DNA of 63,916 nucleotides, filler included, from Atractiella rhizophila (Eukaryota): NCBI GenBank assembly GCA_021432655.1. It is 4 parts of 4 records of this genome, joined end to end, with 100 filler letters (N's around TTAATTAATTAA, not from the genome) between each part and the next. Parts side by side here need not be neighbours in the genome. Positions count along the whole stretch, not along the records: positions 62,353 to 63,916 come from MU271873.1; 3 more parts are not named here. One strand, 5' to 3'. Shown piece by piece: positions 62,353 to 63,916 of this stretch (position 1 is its first letter; each line of letters starts with the position of its first letter). The notes under the pieces were generated by a model. It saw only the letters and a program-made list of their open reading frames with translations, ran no database searches and was not told where the DNA came from. The position numbers and the translations under genes were made by a program.

Positions 62353-62765
62353 GGAATGGCCGTAGAATGGTGGGTACGGTTGGATGACGGACCGGGGGAC
62401 GAACGGAGTTTCATGTCACCCATAGCGTAGGAACGGTTGGGGTTGGAGGTTTTGAAGAGAAGCGGGATATCTTCGCTCTTCTTGGACGCATGGCCACGAT
62501 GCGGCCTCGTACTCGTAGAGTCCAATGTTGAAAGGACTGTCGAAGTGGAGGTGGCGTCCGAAGCAGATGTCGAAGTGGACGACGTCGAAACAGTGGACTC
62601 CAAAGACGTGGAGGTGGAGGTTGAAGGTGAAGTGATGGAGGTTGACGTTATGGAAGGAGAAGGAGGGAGGAAGGATCCAAGGTGGAAGGAAGCGTTGGGA
62701 TGCGTCCTCTTGAGCTTGAGACGGATCGTAGTTGGGTCATAATCGTGCTCTGAGGCAGCAGCCAT
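62353..62765 (-). CDS. Ser/Thr-rich hypothetical protein, 5' part (truncated at gap)
   Basis: Open frame from ATG 62765 to the gap. Confidence 0.5.
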
Positions 62766-63650
62766 CCTTCAAACTCAGTAAGTTTTACTTTTGACTTTTG
62801 GCTGTGTTTTGGGATTGAGAAGGACAGATAAAGGGATGTCTTGGCAGAGATCACGTGATATTTCCTCATGAAGGAAGTAAATATCCGGACAAATCAACAG
62901 CATATTAACAGCAGCCTCATGATCAATGAAGCAAACAGCCTTGATGGATGTACGTGGATGGAGGTGGATGACAGGTTGACATCGGCTGAGCAGAGTTGAG
63001 GTGGGACAGCGGGACAGAGGAAGTTGGGTGGGTTCCAACAGCGCGCTTTCCGTTTCCTATCATTCACTCTGATCAGAGTTTTACTTCGTAATCATTTCCT
63101 CCGATCTAATGCACACTCTAACGCTGGCCTTATGCTATCGTGTATGCGATCATCTCCTCTTCCGAGTGTTTTGAGTGTTTGTACGTTGGAGATGACCCAC
63201 ACTTCGATGTTGGTCAACTGTATCGTGATTGAAATCTGATGAAATGATTGACAGCTGCGGTGGGTTGCGCTCTAGCGTCCTCTGGCCTCGGAGGGATGAA
63301 TGTCTTGAGTGGGTGCAGCCGTTGTCTCCAGAGTCATCGTGTGCTCTTTTCAGCCTTGTCCAAAGTGCGGCTATCATGAGTTTGAGCTTGCTTCCCGCCA
63401 TATAAGTCTCCATTCGTGCTTCATTCATTCTTCCTTGGGTCTTCCTCGATTCTTGTCGTCGTCTATCCATTCTCTTCCTTACTCCTTCAGCCACTCTCGC
63501 TCTCGGCGGAATATAAGTCAACATTGTTGGCACCTCGATCGACAATTGATTCGTTCTCGCGAGCTATTTAAGCATCAACATCGTCCATCCACCGCCTGAA
63601 CGAGGCACAAAATCACTCGAAATAGCTAGCGAAGCGCCAGAAATCACAAG

Positions 63651-63916
63651 ATGCCACCACGACCGCCCCCTGCACCACTGGACAGTGTCACGCCCTTCCC
63701 ACCTCCCCCTCGTCCCGACCAAGCTTACCCAACCTACTCCTCTGCTTCAGAGGACTCTCGGGGACAAGCACATGCGTCTCCCTCCAACTCTCCCTCCTTC
63801 AACCGTGGCGTCTTTCGCTTCCACACGCCTTCCTCACACCAGCACCATGACTCCTACGCCTCCTCCTCCACACCCGGTGCAGCAGGAACAGGGAGTAGAA
63901 CAGGATACGACGAGGA
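63651..63916 (+). CDS. Pro/Ser-rich N-terminus of a gene running off the window
   Basis: MPPRPPPAPLDSVTPFPPPP... open to window end. Confidence 0.5.
   Translation, partial: MPPRPPPAPLDSVTPFPPPPRPDQAYPTYSSASEDSRGQAHASPSNSPSFNRGVFRFHTPSSHQHHDSYASSSTPGAAGTGSRTGYDE

Overview
Intron-dense fungal genomic DNA from a draft scaffold, most likely a basidiomycete (inferred from ~45-65 nt introns, many microexons and tight gene packing). About 33 spliced protein-coding genes were reconstructed by eye. Trafficking and housekeeping genes: YIF1, a GAE-less GGA, RPS24, VMA4, SEC61-beta, SNC1, a myosin II tail, AIR1/2, KAP104 and RTF1. Metabolic genes: sphingolipid delta-8 desaturase, thioesterase, an MDR dehydrogenase, a P450 and SSADH. 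Also a Zn2Cys6 transcription factor and three secreted proteins. The highlight is invisible in the ORF track: a secreted NPP1/NLP (necrosis- and ethylene-inducing-like, type-3-like) gene at 58183-59938 whose GHRHDWE motif is split over three tiny exons, lying tail-to-tail with a GH16 glucanase. Other notable items: a structured 481-nt intron with a poison 3' splice site, a secreted GxSxG hydrolase with a 740-nt intron, a neurabin/Bni4-like PP1-docking motif, a frame-breaking 248-bp tandem duplication, and three artificial TTAATTAATTAA gap linkers that truncate genes. Exon boundaries are manual inferences and no database searches were run.
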